This document shows, piece by piece, positions 18,687 through 28,146 of a stretch of 64,000 nucleotides of DNA. Below the pieces are notes generated by a model that was not told the origin of the DNA, searched no databases, and saw only the letters and a program-made list of their open reading frames with translations. Numbering within the stretch: the stretch's first letter is position 1; each line of letters opens with the position of its first letter. The translations under genes were made by a program, and so were the position numbers. This DNA comes from Candidatus Latescibacterota bacterium (GTDB lineage: Bacteria; Latescibacterota; CBDEFO01). The stretch lies in the NCBI GenBank assembly GCA_965248755.1, contig OZ252149.1:2240001-2304000 (forward strand), written 5' to 3'.

Positions 18687-20429
18687 TTATATCGGAAAAT
18701 CGTCTTTAGCTCCTCGGTCCTCCTTGATTACACATTGGACTTCCAGATTATGCGTGAATATTTCTGACAGCACAGCTTGCAGAGTCTTTTTATTCCTCTT
18801 GACCTGGGTTGCGCAGAAGGCATTGTCGCTTTGAAAGGATAAGGTCAACACACCATCAGTTATACTCTCAGGCCGTCCGTCAGTAGAAAGAAAAGTCGCC
18901 AGGGATATACTTTTCTTTTTCACTTTGTCTAAAATTTTCTGCCAGTTATTCTGAAGATTTTCTAAGGTTGTCTCTATGAGATTCCTCTCAACTTCTTCGG
19001 GCCTAATAAGAAGATTAGAAATCTGTTGGAAAATGTTTGATATATCTTTTATTTGGATCGTTAGAATATACTTATTTTCAGAAATCTCTTTAACTCCATT
19101 TATGAATGGGAGCTTTAATAGACTAATAATGTACTGAATATCTTCAGGTTCTATTTGAAGTTCTTCTATCTTTTCTCTTCCTGCTAAACTATCAAAGGTA
19201 AAGTAACCCAATTTCCCATCTTGTAAAGATTGCATTTCTTGGATAATTACTTTGAATTGTTCTAATAAATTTCTTTGGGAAAGATTTTGAGTTAGTAAAT
19301 ACTCCAGTTGCGAGCTTATATCACCGCTACCAGTAAATATATCTTTTAATTCAGTTAAGGTGAAAGGGAATTTAGAATGTGTCTCTACAAGATTTATTAA
19401 ATCTTCTGTTTTTAGCAAGGAGACACCTTTCCTATTTGCTCGTTGCTCTAAATTTCCTCCAGAAAACCTTGGTCCTATTACAACTACGAAATCGGCTTTA
19501 TTTTTCTTTTTATGGTCTTCTAACGAATCCCAATCTATCTGTTGATCTGTAATTTTACCTGATTTACTTGTTTTGCCATCAATATTAACTTTGAATGACT
19601 CTTGACCGATATTTGCTGTAAGTAGGACATCAGTATTCCCCTTACCTCCAATAAGTTCACCCTGGAATCCTAAAAGATTGAAAGCGTGTTTTATTGCTTC
19701 TTCAAAATCGGTTGGAGAGTCACTCTTAAATTGTCTTTCCTTTAAGCCTTCAATAATTGAGTTTGCTTCCATTCTTACCATTTCATCCTTTTCTTCAGGG
19801 GGAGCTGCTCCTTGTTCTTTCAATCTGAATAATCCTGTTCCCACTTTCACAAATAAGGATTTTTCTCCTTTTTGCTTTATATCAGTATAAATTGTCGCCC
19901 CCATCGTTGCATCAGGAGTTTTACCATTAGATGCAATCAGTCTTTCCTTTAATGCAATTTGAGTAATTTCCTTTGCTGAGAGCGGTCTTTTCTCTTTTTT
20001 CAGAACATTATACGCAGCTTCTTTGAAATTCCTAACTATGGATCTGCCCTTAGGCTTCGATTTCCTGCCTTCGAATACCTTGGAGACTCTTACTTCTATC
20101 TCATCCGCTAATAAGGGCTTAGTAACATAATCGCAAGCACCATCTTGCATCGCCTCGACGGCGCTGTTTACCGTTCCATATGCTGCCATTATTATCACAT
20201 CTGTGGAGGGCGAAATCTCTTTGGCCGCGTATAATACTTCCATCCCATCTGCATCCGGCATCTTCAAATCTGTCAATATCAGATCGTAGGAATTTGATTT
20301 TATTTTGTTTATAGCTTGCTTTCGATCCTCTGCAAGATCAATCTGGAAACCTTTTCTTTCTAAGACTTCTTTGAGAAAATCTCTCATAAGTGCCTCATCG
20401 TCTACTACAAGTATGTAGCCTTCTGACAT
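18687..20429 (-). CDS. Fusion: response-regulator receiver + HARE-HTH + Mrr-like PD-(D/E)xK endonuclease + DnaX(tau) C-terminal-like domain
   Basis: ILVVDDE...LTDLKMP...YVTKP (REC); FKEAAYNVL...GKTPDATMGATIYTDI...GLFRL (HARE-HTH); FEEAI...LGF...TDVLL...IDGKT (nuclease); WQKILDKVKKKSISLATFL...LTLSF (DnaX-C-like); RBS AAGGAG. Confidence 0.85.
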   Translation of the reverse strand: MSEGYILVVDDEALMRDFLKEVLERKGFQIDLAEDRKQAINKIKSNSYDLILTDLKMPDADGMEVLYAAKEISPSTDVIIMAAYGTVNSAVEAMQDGACDYVTKPLLADEIEVRVSKVFEGRKSKPKGRSIVRNFKEAAYNVLKKEKRPLSAKEITQIALKERLIASNGKTPDATMGATIYTDIKQKGEKSLFVKVGTGLFRLKEQGAAPPEEKDEMVRMEANSIIEGLKERQFKSDSPTDFEEAIKHAFNLLGFQGELIGGKGNTDVLLTANIGQESFKVNIDGKTSKSGKITDQQIDWDSLEDHKKKNKADFVVVIGPRFSGGNLEQRANRKGVSLLKTEDLINLVETHSKFPFTLTELKDIFTGSGDISSQLEYLLTQNLSQRNLLEQFKVIIQEMQSLQDGKLGYFTFDSLAGREKIEELQIEPEDIQYIISLLKLPFINGVKEISENKYILTIQIKDISNIFQQISNLLIRPEEVERNLIETTLENLQNNWQKILDKVKKKSISLATFLSTDGRPESITDGVLTLSFQSDNAFCATQVKRNKKTLQAVLSEIFTHNLEVQCVIKEDRGAKDDFPI

Positions 20430-20463
20430 GTCTGCTCCTTTTCCAGCTTATAACGATAGATAA

Positions 20464-21225
20464 TCACCTCAACACAAAATGTATCCGGTCGGAGTTCTTT
20501 GAGGCGGGTCTGAGGCTGAAATCGTCGAATATACCCAAAATGTCGAATTCCGACTCTCGCACGGCCTTCTCTATTTCGTCTTTGCTGTATATCCTCTGCC
20601 TGTGCGTCTCTACAAACGTTTCATCCGATCTGTCGAAGCCTATCTTGAAGTGATTGTTCTGTATCTTCGTCTCTGGGTCATAGAAGCTGTGTCTGCTGTA
20701 CGAAAAACCATCTCCTTTTGCCTTACTGGTGTAGTCTCTAAAATACAGAAGCGAATTTCTCTCCATGCAGATGTCGAATATGAATATCCCGGCCGGCTCC
20801 AAAATTTGTCTGATGCTCTTCAGGGCCTTTTTGACCTCTTCTATCTCCATCAGATAGTTCAAACTGTCGTACAGGCACAGCACCGCCTCAAAAGAGCGGC
20901 ATTTCTTAAGGTCCCGAATATCACCGCAGGACAGATCGATTTGCACTCCTGCCTTTTGAGATTTTACCCTTGCCACCTCGACCATAGACCAAGATTCATC
21001 TATGCCTGATGTGTTGTAACCCCTGCTGTGGAGCTCCAGAGCCATAGTCCCTGTGCCACACGCAACGTCCAGAATATCTGAAGGATTAAGATCAAAGTGT
21101 GAAAAGACCGATTCTATGTAATCTGTCCATCTTTTGTAATCAAGGTGGCTCATCACAAAGTCGTATATTTCGGCTAATCGGCTGTAAGGTTCGCAATCCA
21201 CCTTTTTTCTGGATTTGATGCTCAC
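20464..21225 (-). CDS. Class I SAM-dependent methyltransferase
   Basis: LDVACGTG, GIDESWSM, CLYDSLNY, GIFIFD. Confidence 0.92.
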   Translation of the reverse strand: MSIKSRKKVDCEPYSRLAEIYDFVMSHLDYKRWTDYIESVFSHFDLNPSDILDVACGTGTMALELHSRGYNTSGIDESWSMVEVARVKSQKAGVQIDLSCGDIRDLKKCRSFEAVLCLYDSLNYLMEIEEVKKALKSIRQILEPAGIFIFDICMERNSLLYFRDYTSKAKGDGFSYSRHSFYDPETKIQNNHFKIGFDRSDETFVETHRQRIYSKDEIEKAVRESEFDILGIFDDFSLRPASKNSDRIHFVLR

Positions 21226-21231
21226 GCTAAT

Positions 21232-21513
21232 CTATCCTTCCATATCAACACCTTCATTTCTTTTTTCATCCCTTATCACACGGTAGAAATCCCCTGCAGC
21301 CTTTCTGGTGACGTTGGATTTGGGTATATCCAGGATCTCAATCTCCATAAACCTCTTCGGAAGGCAGATCGTCATAAGCTGACCGGGCGTTATCTGGTTT
21401 GCCGGTTTGATACTGTTGCCGTCTATGAGAACCTTGCCTCTTTGGCATATAGCCTTGGCCTGGGATCGCCTTTTTACTATAGAGCATTTCTTCAAAAAGA
21501 GATCTGCCCTCAT
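21232..21513 (-). CDS. S4-domain RNA-binding protein (Hsp15/YabO-like)
   Basis: MRADLFL...KRRSQAKAIC..GKVLIDG..KPA. Confidence 0.9.
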   Translation of the reverse strand: MRADLFLKKCSIVKRRSQAKAICQRGKVLIDGNSIKPANQITPGQLMTICLPKRFMEIEILDIPKSNVTRKAAGDFYRVIRDEKRNEGVDMEG

Positions 21514-21524
21514 ACAATCGACCT

Positions 21525-22808
21525 CTATTGCAGAAGAGAAATATCGTCCTCATTGAGACGTATGTCTATGTAGAGTCGCTCCCGCTCCCGCTCTAACATC
21601 TCCTCGTATGCCTTTTCTATCTTCTTGAGCCTAACTGAGTATGATATAAAATCGTCTTCATCGTTGAGTTTTATGATGTGAAATCCAAGTTCGGTCATCA
21701 CAGGAGGGCTGATCTCTCCTAACCTCATTTTCCTTATCGCCGCCTTGAAGGCAGGTGATGGACTGTCTCCTCTGGTTGGGAAATATCCTAAGAAGCCTCT
21801 TTCATCGGCGTTCTCGTGGTCATCTGAAAACTGCATCGCCAGTTCCCCAAAATCTTCGCCATCGAATGCCCTCTTGCGGATCTCCTTCATATGCTCTAAC
21901 GCTTTCTTGTTGTCCTCTTGTGTCACCTGAGTCAAAAACAGGATATGCCTTGCCCTTATCTTGTCTTTGTCTTTTTCTTCTAACTTTACGATATGATAGC
22001 CTACTTGAGTCTCAACAATATCGCTTATCTCCCCCGGGCTAAGTGCAAACGCGGCGTCCTCGAACTCTTTAATCATCTTTCCTCTCTCGAAGAACCCCAA
22101 ATCTCCGCCTCTTCGGGACGATCCCGGATCTTCAGAGTACTTTTTGGCTAATTCCTCAAAATCCTCGTCCATTCTGGCTCTCTCCAAGATCTCCTCAGCT
22201 CTTTGGCGTATCTTTTTCTTTTTCTCTAATGAACGTCCCGGCCTTATAAGGATGTGACTTATGCTGATGTTATCGGGCAGACTATCTTTGTACGTCTCTT
22301 TGAACTCCTGTATCTCCTTGCGAGACACCGATGCATTTGCAGATAGTCTGTACATCACTTCATCTCTCAGTTTGGCGTCAACTACCAACTTTTCGATCTT
22401 ATCCCTGAAATCCCTTTCTGTCATATTCTCCTGGGCCAAAGCCTCCTTGAACTGTTCGGCGGTCATATTCCTACCTCTGCTTTCAAATTCCGCCTCTACG
22501 GTCTCCGCGACCTCTTCGCTGTCCAGAACTATAGTGTCCCTTTGGGCTTTGGCTACGATTATCTTCTGGTTTATCAAGACCTCCAGCATATCCTTATACA
22601 TCTTTTTAAGCTCTTCTTCGTCTATATACTCTCTTGATTCTGATATAACCAGTTGGAGTTGCACTGCGTCCTCCAAATCTGACAACAAGATGATCTCATC
22701 CTCGACTACAGCCACTATCTTGTCCGATAGAACCTGACCGAATGCGGATGTCCAAGTCAACAGCAGTAAAACTAAAGGGAACGTTTTAGCGGTGTCCTTT
22801 AATGCCAT
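21525..22808 (-). CDS. surA: SurA-like chaperone with two parvulin PPIase domains
   Basis: DKIVAVV...IILLSD; ISHILI...FEELAKKYSED..GGDLGF...GYHIV repeated twice. Confidence 0.9.
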   Translation of the reverse strand: MALKDTAKTFPLVLLLLTWTSAFGQVLSDKIVAVVEDEIILLSDLEDAVQLQLVISESREYIDEEELKKMYKDMLEVLINQKIIVAKAQRDTIVLDSEEVAETVEAEFESRGRNMTAEQFKEALAQENMTERDFRDKIEKLVVDAKLRDEVMYRLSANASVSRKEIQEFKETYKDSLPDNISISHILIRPGRSLEKKKKIRQRAEEILERARMDEDFEELAKKYSEDPGSSRRGGDLGFFERGKMIKEFEDAAFALSPGEISDIVETQVGYHIVKLEEKDKDKIRARHILFLTQVTQEDNKKALEHMKEIRKRAFDGEDFGELAMQFSDDHENADERGFLGYFPTRGDSPSPAFKAAIRKMRLGEISPPVMTELGFHIIKLNDEDDFISYSVRLKKIEKAYEEMLERERERLYIDIRLNEDDISLLQ

Positions 22809-22832
22809 TTTCAGTTTTTCCGAAAAGTTCTG

Positions 22833-22853
22833 CCCCGATTGATTCTATCGGGG
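22833..22853 (-). repeat. Family A 21-bp palindrome nested in a TTCCGAAAAGT...ACTTTTGGGAA outer hairpin
   Basis: CCCCGATTGATTCTATCGGGG between prsA and surA. Confidence 0.9.
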
Positions 22854-22880
22854 ATACTTTTGGGAACCCCTTGAACATTG

Positions 22881-23804
22881 TTACTCTATACTTATTAGGT
22901 CTGGGGTAGAATCGAGATTTCCATCTGTCTTAGTCAAAAGATCTTTTTCTATACTGTATTTTGTCTTTTGCCGCAAATTCTCTATTAGAGCCCTGAGTCT
23001 TGCGCCATGTCTTTGGGAGCGTATTTTATTTGCTATTTGTGATCTGACCTGCTCTATATCCCTTATTGTGCCTTCATCTTTTTTGTCTATCACCTGTATT
23101 ATGTGGTAGCCCATATCGGTTCGAATCGGACGGGAGATCACATTCACCTTAAGTTTCAAACAGGCGTCCCACAGTTGAGGGTCGGCTTCACGCTTTGAAA
23201 AATAGCCCAGATCACCGCCGTCGAGCGCTGATGAATCCAGGGACTCCTCACGGGCGACGGCTGCGAACCTTTCTCCTGTGAGCAATCTTTTGCGCACCCT
23301 TGCCGCTTCGGTTTTATCCTCTACGAGAATGTGCTGCGCCCTTATTTCAAGATTAGTTCTCGTAAAGTCCTCTTTGTTAGCCTCGTAGTAGACTTGCATG
23401 TCCTTATCAGCTACTTCGGAGATTTTCTCGAACTCTCTGTCCAGAAGTTGAGCTACCAATATCCCTTTTTTTGACCTTTCCAAGAGGTCTTTGATCTTTT
23501 CCTCGTTATCTATGCCCCGGCGCAGGGCCTCCTGGTACAACAACTCCTCATCAACCCACCTTACGACCAGATTAATCTTGTCCTCTACGGATAAACTGTC
23601 GTCTAATTGAGGCGGTAGCTTCTCCTTTAGTGCATCCAGAGTCAAAACCGCGTTTCCGGCCCGGGCCACAGCAGTATCGGTCTTCTCTTTTTTGCCGCAT
23701 CCTGCAAATATGAACAAGCCTAAGGCAATAAGAGCAATCCTTGTTAAATGATAGTGATGAATAACCTTACCCCCACAAAAACAAGTAGACAGTAGAACAG
23801 ACAT
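22881..23804 (-). CDS. PrsA/PpiC-type peptidyl-prolyl isomerase lipoprotein (true start probably ~15 codons downstream)
   Basis: Lipobox FAGC; RAQHILV, GGDLGYF, GYHII. Confidence 0.9.
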   Translation of the reverse strand: MSVLLSTCFCGGKVIHHYHLTRIALIALGLFIFAGCGKKEKTDTAVARAGNAVLTLDALKEKLPPQLDDSLSVEDKINLVVRWVDEELLYQEALRRGIDNEEKIKDLLERSKKGILVAQLLDREFEKISEVADKDMQVYYEANKEDFTRTNLEIRAQHILVEDKTEAARVRKRLLTGERFAAVAREESLDSSALDGGDLGYFSKREADPQLWDACLKLKVNVISRPIRTDMGYHIIQVIDKKDEGTIRDIEQVRSQIANKIRSQRHGARLRALIENLRQKTKYSIEKDLLTKTDGNLDSTPDLISIE

Positions 23805-23875
23805 TCTGTCTAGTTAGACAGCATACAGGGATGGGGGGCGGTGCCCCTGCCTACTGTTTGCTGTTTACTATTTTT
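23781..23875. repeat. ~100-bp composite hairpin repeat, copy 2 (core inverted relative to copy 1)
   Basis: Arms match 4668-4769; core 23821-23849 is the reverse complement of 4713-4742 with a few differences. Confidence 0.88.
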
Positions 23876-23900
23876 AAAGTAGCCCCTTGAATATAATTAA

Positions 23901-26900
23901 TCAAATGATTTGTTGCAAGATGTTTTTTGAGCATTGGAGCCATTCGCGCTCGTCTTCACCCTCCAGACGGGCATCTATGGCTACCTGCTCAGATAGCGAA
24001 AATTCCAGGGGGACAGGAGAATGCTTCACAAATAGTTCCACATCTTTTGGGGAAAGTTTTCGCTCTTTCGGAAAGACTAACCTGAGCCTTGATGCCGACA
24101 TCATGATCGTCTCCAATCCCAACTGCTTTGCCAGGATCTTAAGATGTATCGTGTCCAAAAGAGACAGCACTGGATCGGGAAGATTTCCGTAGCGATCCTT
24201 CAACTCCTCCTCAATTGCCAGTATCTCGACAGACCTTGTAGTTTCAGCCAAGCGCTTGTATATTATCACCTTCTGATCTACGTCCGGAATATACTCCTGA
24301 GGGATGTATGCCGAGGCCATTATCTCTACATGAGGATCGGGTGTCTCGTCGCCTTCCTCTCCCTTGAGTTCTCTTATCGCCTCGTCTAAAAGACGACAGT
24401 ACAGGTCGAATCCCACAGCCGCTATGAATCCGTGCTGCTGGGGGCCCAGTATATTTCCACCGCCCCTTATCTCAAGGTCTCTCATTGCTATGTTAAATCC
24501 AGAACCCAGATCTTGGAATTCCTGTATAGCTCTTAGCCTCCTCTTTGCGTCGATATTCAAGGTTCTTTTGGGAGGAACTACCAGGTAAGCGTAAGCCTTC
24601 TGGTTCGATCTACCCACCCTCCCTTTCAACTGATAGAGTTGGGCAAGGCCGAAGCGATCTGCCCTGTTGATTATGATAGTGTTTACGTTTGGGATGTCCA
24701 GACCAGATTCGATTATCATTGTAGACACTAAACAGTCATATTTCTTATCCAAGAACTCCACCATGGTCTTTTCAAGCTCCCGCTCCGGCATCTGGCCGTG
24801 CGCCACAGCAAAGCGTACCTGCGGCAGAAGTCCCCTCAAAAACACCACTATAGAATCTATGGACTGAACTCGATTGTGTACGAAATAGACCTGTCCATTT
24901 CTGTGTATCTCTCTCATGATCGCCTCAGCAATTCTTTCCTCATCGAACTGAACGATCTCGCTGTATATCGGCATCCTCCCTTTAGGAGGAGTGTTGATCA
25001 CAGAGAGGTTACGCACTCCCATAAGGGACATGTGCAAGGTCCTCGGTATAGGCGTAGCTGTCAACGATAGCACATCTACCAGCCTTCTGAAACGCTTGAG
25101 TTCCTCCTTGTTCTTTACTCCGAATCTGTGCTCTTCATCTATGATCACCAGTCCTAAATCCTTAAACTGAACGTCCTTAGATAAAAGGCGCTGTGTCCCT
25201 ATGATTATATCCACTTTCCCGTTCCTTACGCCCTCGACTATTCTTTTTTGCTCCTTTCTTGTCTTAAAACGGCTCAAGACCTCCACCTTTAGGGGGAAGT
25301 TTTCGAGTCTTTCAGTAAAGGTCCTGTGGTGCTGTTGAGCCAGAATAGTAGTCGGAACCAGTACTGCCACCTGTTTGTGATCGCAGACGACTTTGAAGGC
25401 CGCTCGCACAGCCACCTCGGTCTTTCCGTAACCCACGTCTCCGCAGACCAGGCGATCGGTCGGCATATTTTTCTCAAGATCAGCCTTCACATGCTCTACA
25501 GCTAAAAGCTGATCCGGAGTCTCCTGGTACATAAACGATGCCTCAAGCTCCTTTTGCCATAGGGAATCTTCGGAAAATGCAAAGCCCGCCTTTTCCCTCC
25601 TTAGCGCCTGTAGTTCGACGAGCTCCTTGGCCATCATATAGATCGCCCTTTTTGTCTTTTGCTTCATCTTTTCCCACGCCGATCCCCCTAATTTGCTTAA
25701 GGATGGAGGAACACTTTCTTCGACCGAATAGTTCTGAACCCGGTCCAACTGATCGATCGGTACATACAGCTTATCTCTGTCCCGATACAGGATCAAGAGG
25801 AAGTCCTTCTGGACATCATCTACACATAATCTTTCCGCTTTCTGGTATTGCCCGATGCCGTAATCCACGTGAACGACAAAGTCGCCCCTTTGGAGCGATG
25901 TGTAGTTTGAAATTGGGGTCCCCTCTTTGAACTTGTGGTATCTGTGCCTCCTTTTGTAGTGCCCGAAGATCTCGTGGTCGTTCAAAAGGGCGATCTTGGC
26001 TTGCGGAGCGACAAATCCCCTGTGCAGATTTCCTATGCTCATAGAGATCAAATGCCCCACATCCTCTAGCACTTCCTCCAGACGCTCGGCCTGACCCTTG
26101 TTGTCGCACAGGATCTCTATCAGATAACCTTCCTGTGACAGCTTTTCTGTATCTTCCCTCAAGGAGCGCAGATCGCCCTCGTAGCGCCTCATATGAGAAG
26201 CCGCAAAATCGATCTTTCCGTCCGCAGCAGGGTCAAACGTCAGGTTCTCCACAACCACCAGATCCGAAAGCTTACGGTGCAAGGATTCCACATCAGGCGC
26301 AAATAGATCTTTTGGTAGAGACCTACCCTCTTTCCTTTTGCGGCTCTCAAGAGCGCGGTCTATGCGAGCCGAGAACCTGTCCGCCTGGTCATCCAATTCA
26401 TCAGGATCTTGCATAAAGACCAGCCAGTCTTCCTCCAGGTAGTCCAAAATACCTGCTCTTTCTTTGTATATGACCGGCATATATCCCTCAATCCCATCAT
26501 CTAAAATCCCAGATCTGATCTGATCTGACAGCTGATCTAAGGATAGACCTTCCTTTTCCTCTAAACTTTCGATGTTCTTAGAATAATCCTCTGTCAGTCC
26601 TTCAAGCAGAATTACCTCGCGCCGCGGAAGGACTCTAACCTCATCTTTCTGGAGAATAGACCTTTGCGAATAGAGATCGAATTCCCTTATCGACTCTATC
26701 TGATCTCCAAAAAACTCTATTCTCGTCGGATTCTCGGCTCCGAACGAATATACGTCTAATATCCCTCCCCGGATGCTCAACTGGCCTATCCCCTCGACAA
26801 TGGGAACACGCTCAAACCCGATTCCCACCAGAACTGTCGCCAGATACTCTAAATCCACTTCAGATCTAACCTTTAAAGACTGCACCGCCAACTCGAATAT

Positions 26901-27305
26901 GTAAGATGGAATTGTCCATCCCAAGAGGGCCTCCATAGTCGTCACTACTGCAACGTCCTCTTTTTCTATAAGCGAATCCAAAGCCTCCAATCTCAGCCCC
27001 GTTACGTCCCAGCTTGGGGATTTTTCCTCGTAAGGCAAGACATCACATGGTGGAAAATATCTGACCCTTTCTTGACCCAGGATGGTCTCCAGGTCATCTC
27101 TCAATTCCTCCGCCTCTTCCTCACCAACCGTCACGGCCACAAGGGGAAATGGGGTGGTAGATTTAATAGAGGAAAGGACAAAGCCTCCCAGAGATCCAGC
27201 CAATCCACAGACCTTGATCCGATTTGTGTCCGATGCTATTCTTTCCCCAAGCACATCAAAACTTAAAGAACCCTCTAACTTTGCCTTTATGGCAGAAACA
27301 GACAT
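23901..27305 (-). CDS. mfd: Transcription-repair coupling factor
   Basis: RGGILD, GDFVVH.DYGIG, CGDVGYGKTEVA, DEEHRFG, TATPIPRT, QLKGRVGR, DLEIRG, TRCF C-terminal domain. Confidence 0.99.
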   Translation of the reverse strand: MSVSAIKAKLEGSLSFDVLGERIASDTNRIKVCGLAGSLGGFVLSSIKSTTPFPLVAVTVGEEEAEELRDDLETILGQERVRYFPPCDVLPYEEKSPSWDVTGLRLEALDSLIEKEDVAVVTTMEALLGWTIPSYIFELAVQSLKVRSEVDLEYLATVLVGIGFERVPIVEGIGQLSIRGGILDVYSFGAENPTRIEFFGDQIESIREFDLYSQRSILQKDEVRVLPRREVILLEGLTEDYSKNIESLEEKEGLSLDQLSDQIRSGILDDGIEGYMPVIYKERAGILDYLEEDWLVFMQDPDELDDQADRFSARIDRALESRKRKEGRSLPKDLFAPDVESLHRKLSDLVVVENLTFDPAADGKIDFAASHMRRYEGDLRSLREDTEKLSQEGYLIEILCDNKGQAERLEEVLEDVGHLISMSIGNLHRGFVAPQAKIALLNDHEIFGHYKRRHRYHKFKEGTPISNYTSLQRGDFVVHVDYGIGQYQKAERLCVDDVQKDFLLILYRDRDKLYVPIDQLDRVQNYSVEESVPPSLSKLGGSAWEKMKQKTKRAIYMMAKELVELQALRREKAGFAFSEDSLWQKELEASFMYQETPDQLLAVEHVKADLEKNMPTDRLVCGDVGYGKTEVAVRAAFKVVCDHKQVAVLVPTTILAQQHHRTFTERLENFPLKVEVLSRFKTRKEQKRIVEGVRNGKVDIIIGTQRLLSKDVQFKDLGLVIIDEEHRFGVKNKEELKRFRRLVDVLSLTATPIPRTLHMSLMGVRNLSVINTPPKGRMPIYSEIVQFDEERIAEAIMREIHRNGQVYFVHNRVQSIDSIVVFLRGLLPQVRFAVAHGQMPERELEKTMVEFLDKKYDCLVSTMIIESGLDIPNVNTIIINRADRFGLAQLYQLKGRVGRSNQKAYAYLVVPPKRTLNIDAKRRLRAIQEFQDLGSGFNIAMRDLEIRGGGNILGPQQHGFIAAVGFDLYCRLLDEAIRELKGEEGDETPDPHVEIMASAYIPQEYIPDVDQKVIIYKRLAETTRSVEILAIEEELKDRYGNLPDPVLSLLDTIHLKILAKQLGLETIMMSASRLRLVFPKERKLSPKDVELFVKHSPVPLEFSLSEQVAIDARLEGEDEREWLQCSKNILQQII

Positions 27306-27457
27306 ATGAGAACCTTCCCAACAAAGTTCATTTCAATGCAATAATAAGAGCGCAAAAGCGGGCAACAGTATGAAAATACTTCTGACGAACCTCCAAGGGG
27401 AGTCGCTTGATTCTGGTCACGAGTAGAACGCCCAGTCATAATTGTTTGTACTTATAA

Positions 27458-27486
27458 AAGATAAATCTTGGATGTCCAAAGGTCAA
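27458..27486 (-). promoter_or_regulatory. Sigma70-type promoter for mfd
   Basis: TTGACC-N17-TATCTT on the minus strand ~150 nt upstream of mfd. Confidence 0.55.
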
Positions 27487-27755
27487 GTTAAATTTCTGGA
27501 TGCCCCACTTGCAGTGGTTACGACACCCGATACTTAACGAGACCCTGTTCTGGTGCTACCTGATGCTTGTCCAGGTCAGACGTCAGCTTACCAATGCGCT
27601 TTGCATCTGTTCTAGAACGCATCTTCTTCTGCGCCAAAAGTATCCCGATAATATCTTAAATTGTAAGAAATCAGAGAAATTCCAAAACCAAATAAGCCCG
27701 GTAATGCAAAAACTTGCAGGGCCTTAATCCTTGCCAGTTATCACCTTAATCCTGG

Positions 27756-27850
27756 CGGGCTATGCGCGATTCGCCGGGGCGATGCTTGGTTCCAGAGATT
27801 CACCTGACATTTCTTCTTTTCTTGCGGTTTCTATAACTTTTTGATTTACT
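27756..27850. repeat. Diverged non-coding direct repeat, copy 1
   Basis: 27761-27805 aligns ungapped with 31501-31545 (36/45 identical by hand count), followed by similar T-rich tracts. Confidence 0.7.
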
Positions 27851-28146
27851 TATATTAACACCCCCATAATCTTGTGCAGTGTTTTTTCTTCTTCCAGCAG
27901 AACAACAGCAGAAACTGCTGCAAAAGACCAGGTCAAGATTGACTTGCTTCTTTAGTTTGTGTGGTATTACGCAGCCATCCGCAAGGAGAATATTATTCTT
28001 GATCTATTTTATGAAGATGATTCCAAGACAAGGTCACGGTAAGGGACAGCCCAAAACTTAGCCTTTAACAGTGAACGGGGAGATCCCCATGTGAAGGGTG
28101 AACTTGCCCAAAGTCTTACTAACCCTAAGAAAGAGGGAAAGCTAAG

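Noticed and set aside
20464..21225. SAM methyltransferase as the cognate DNA methylase of the adjacent nuclease fusion
   Set aside because: It has small-molecule class I motifs and lacks DPPY/NPPY or PC catalytic motifs; it is tightly coupled to the housekeeping genes.
25358..25368. CCAGTACTGCC match to the tRNA-Val 3' end as a second att site
   Set aside because: Only 11 nt, inside the intact mfd coding sequence and in the wrong orientation for a direct repeat; likely chance.
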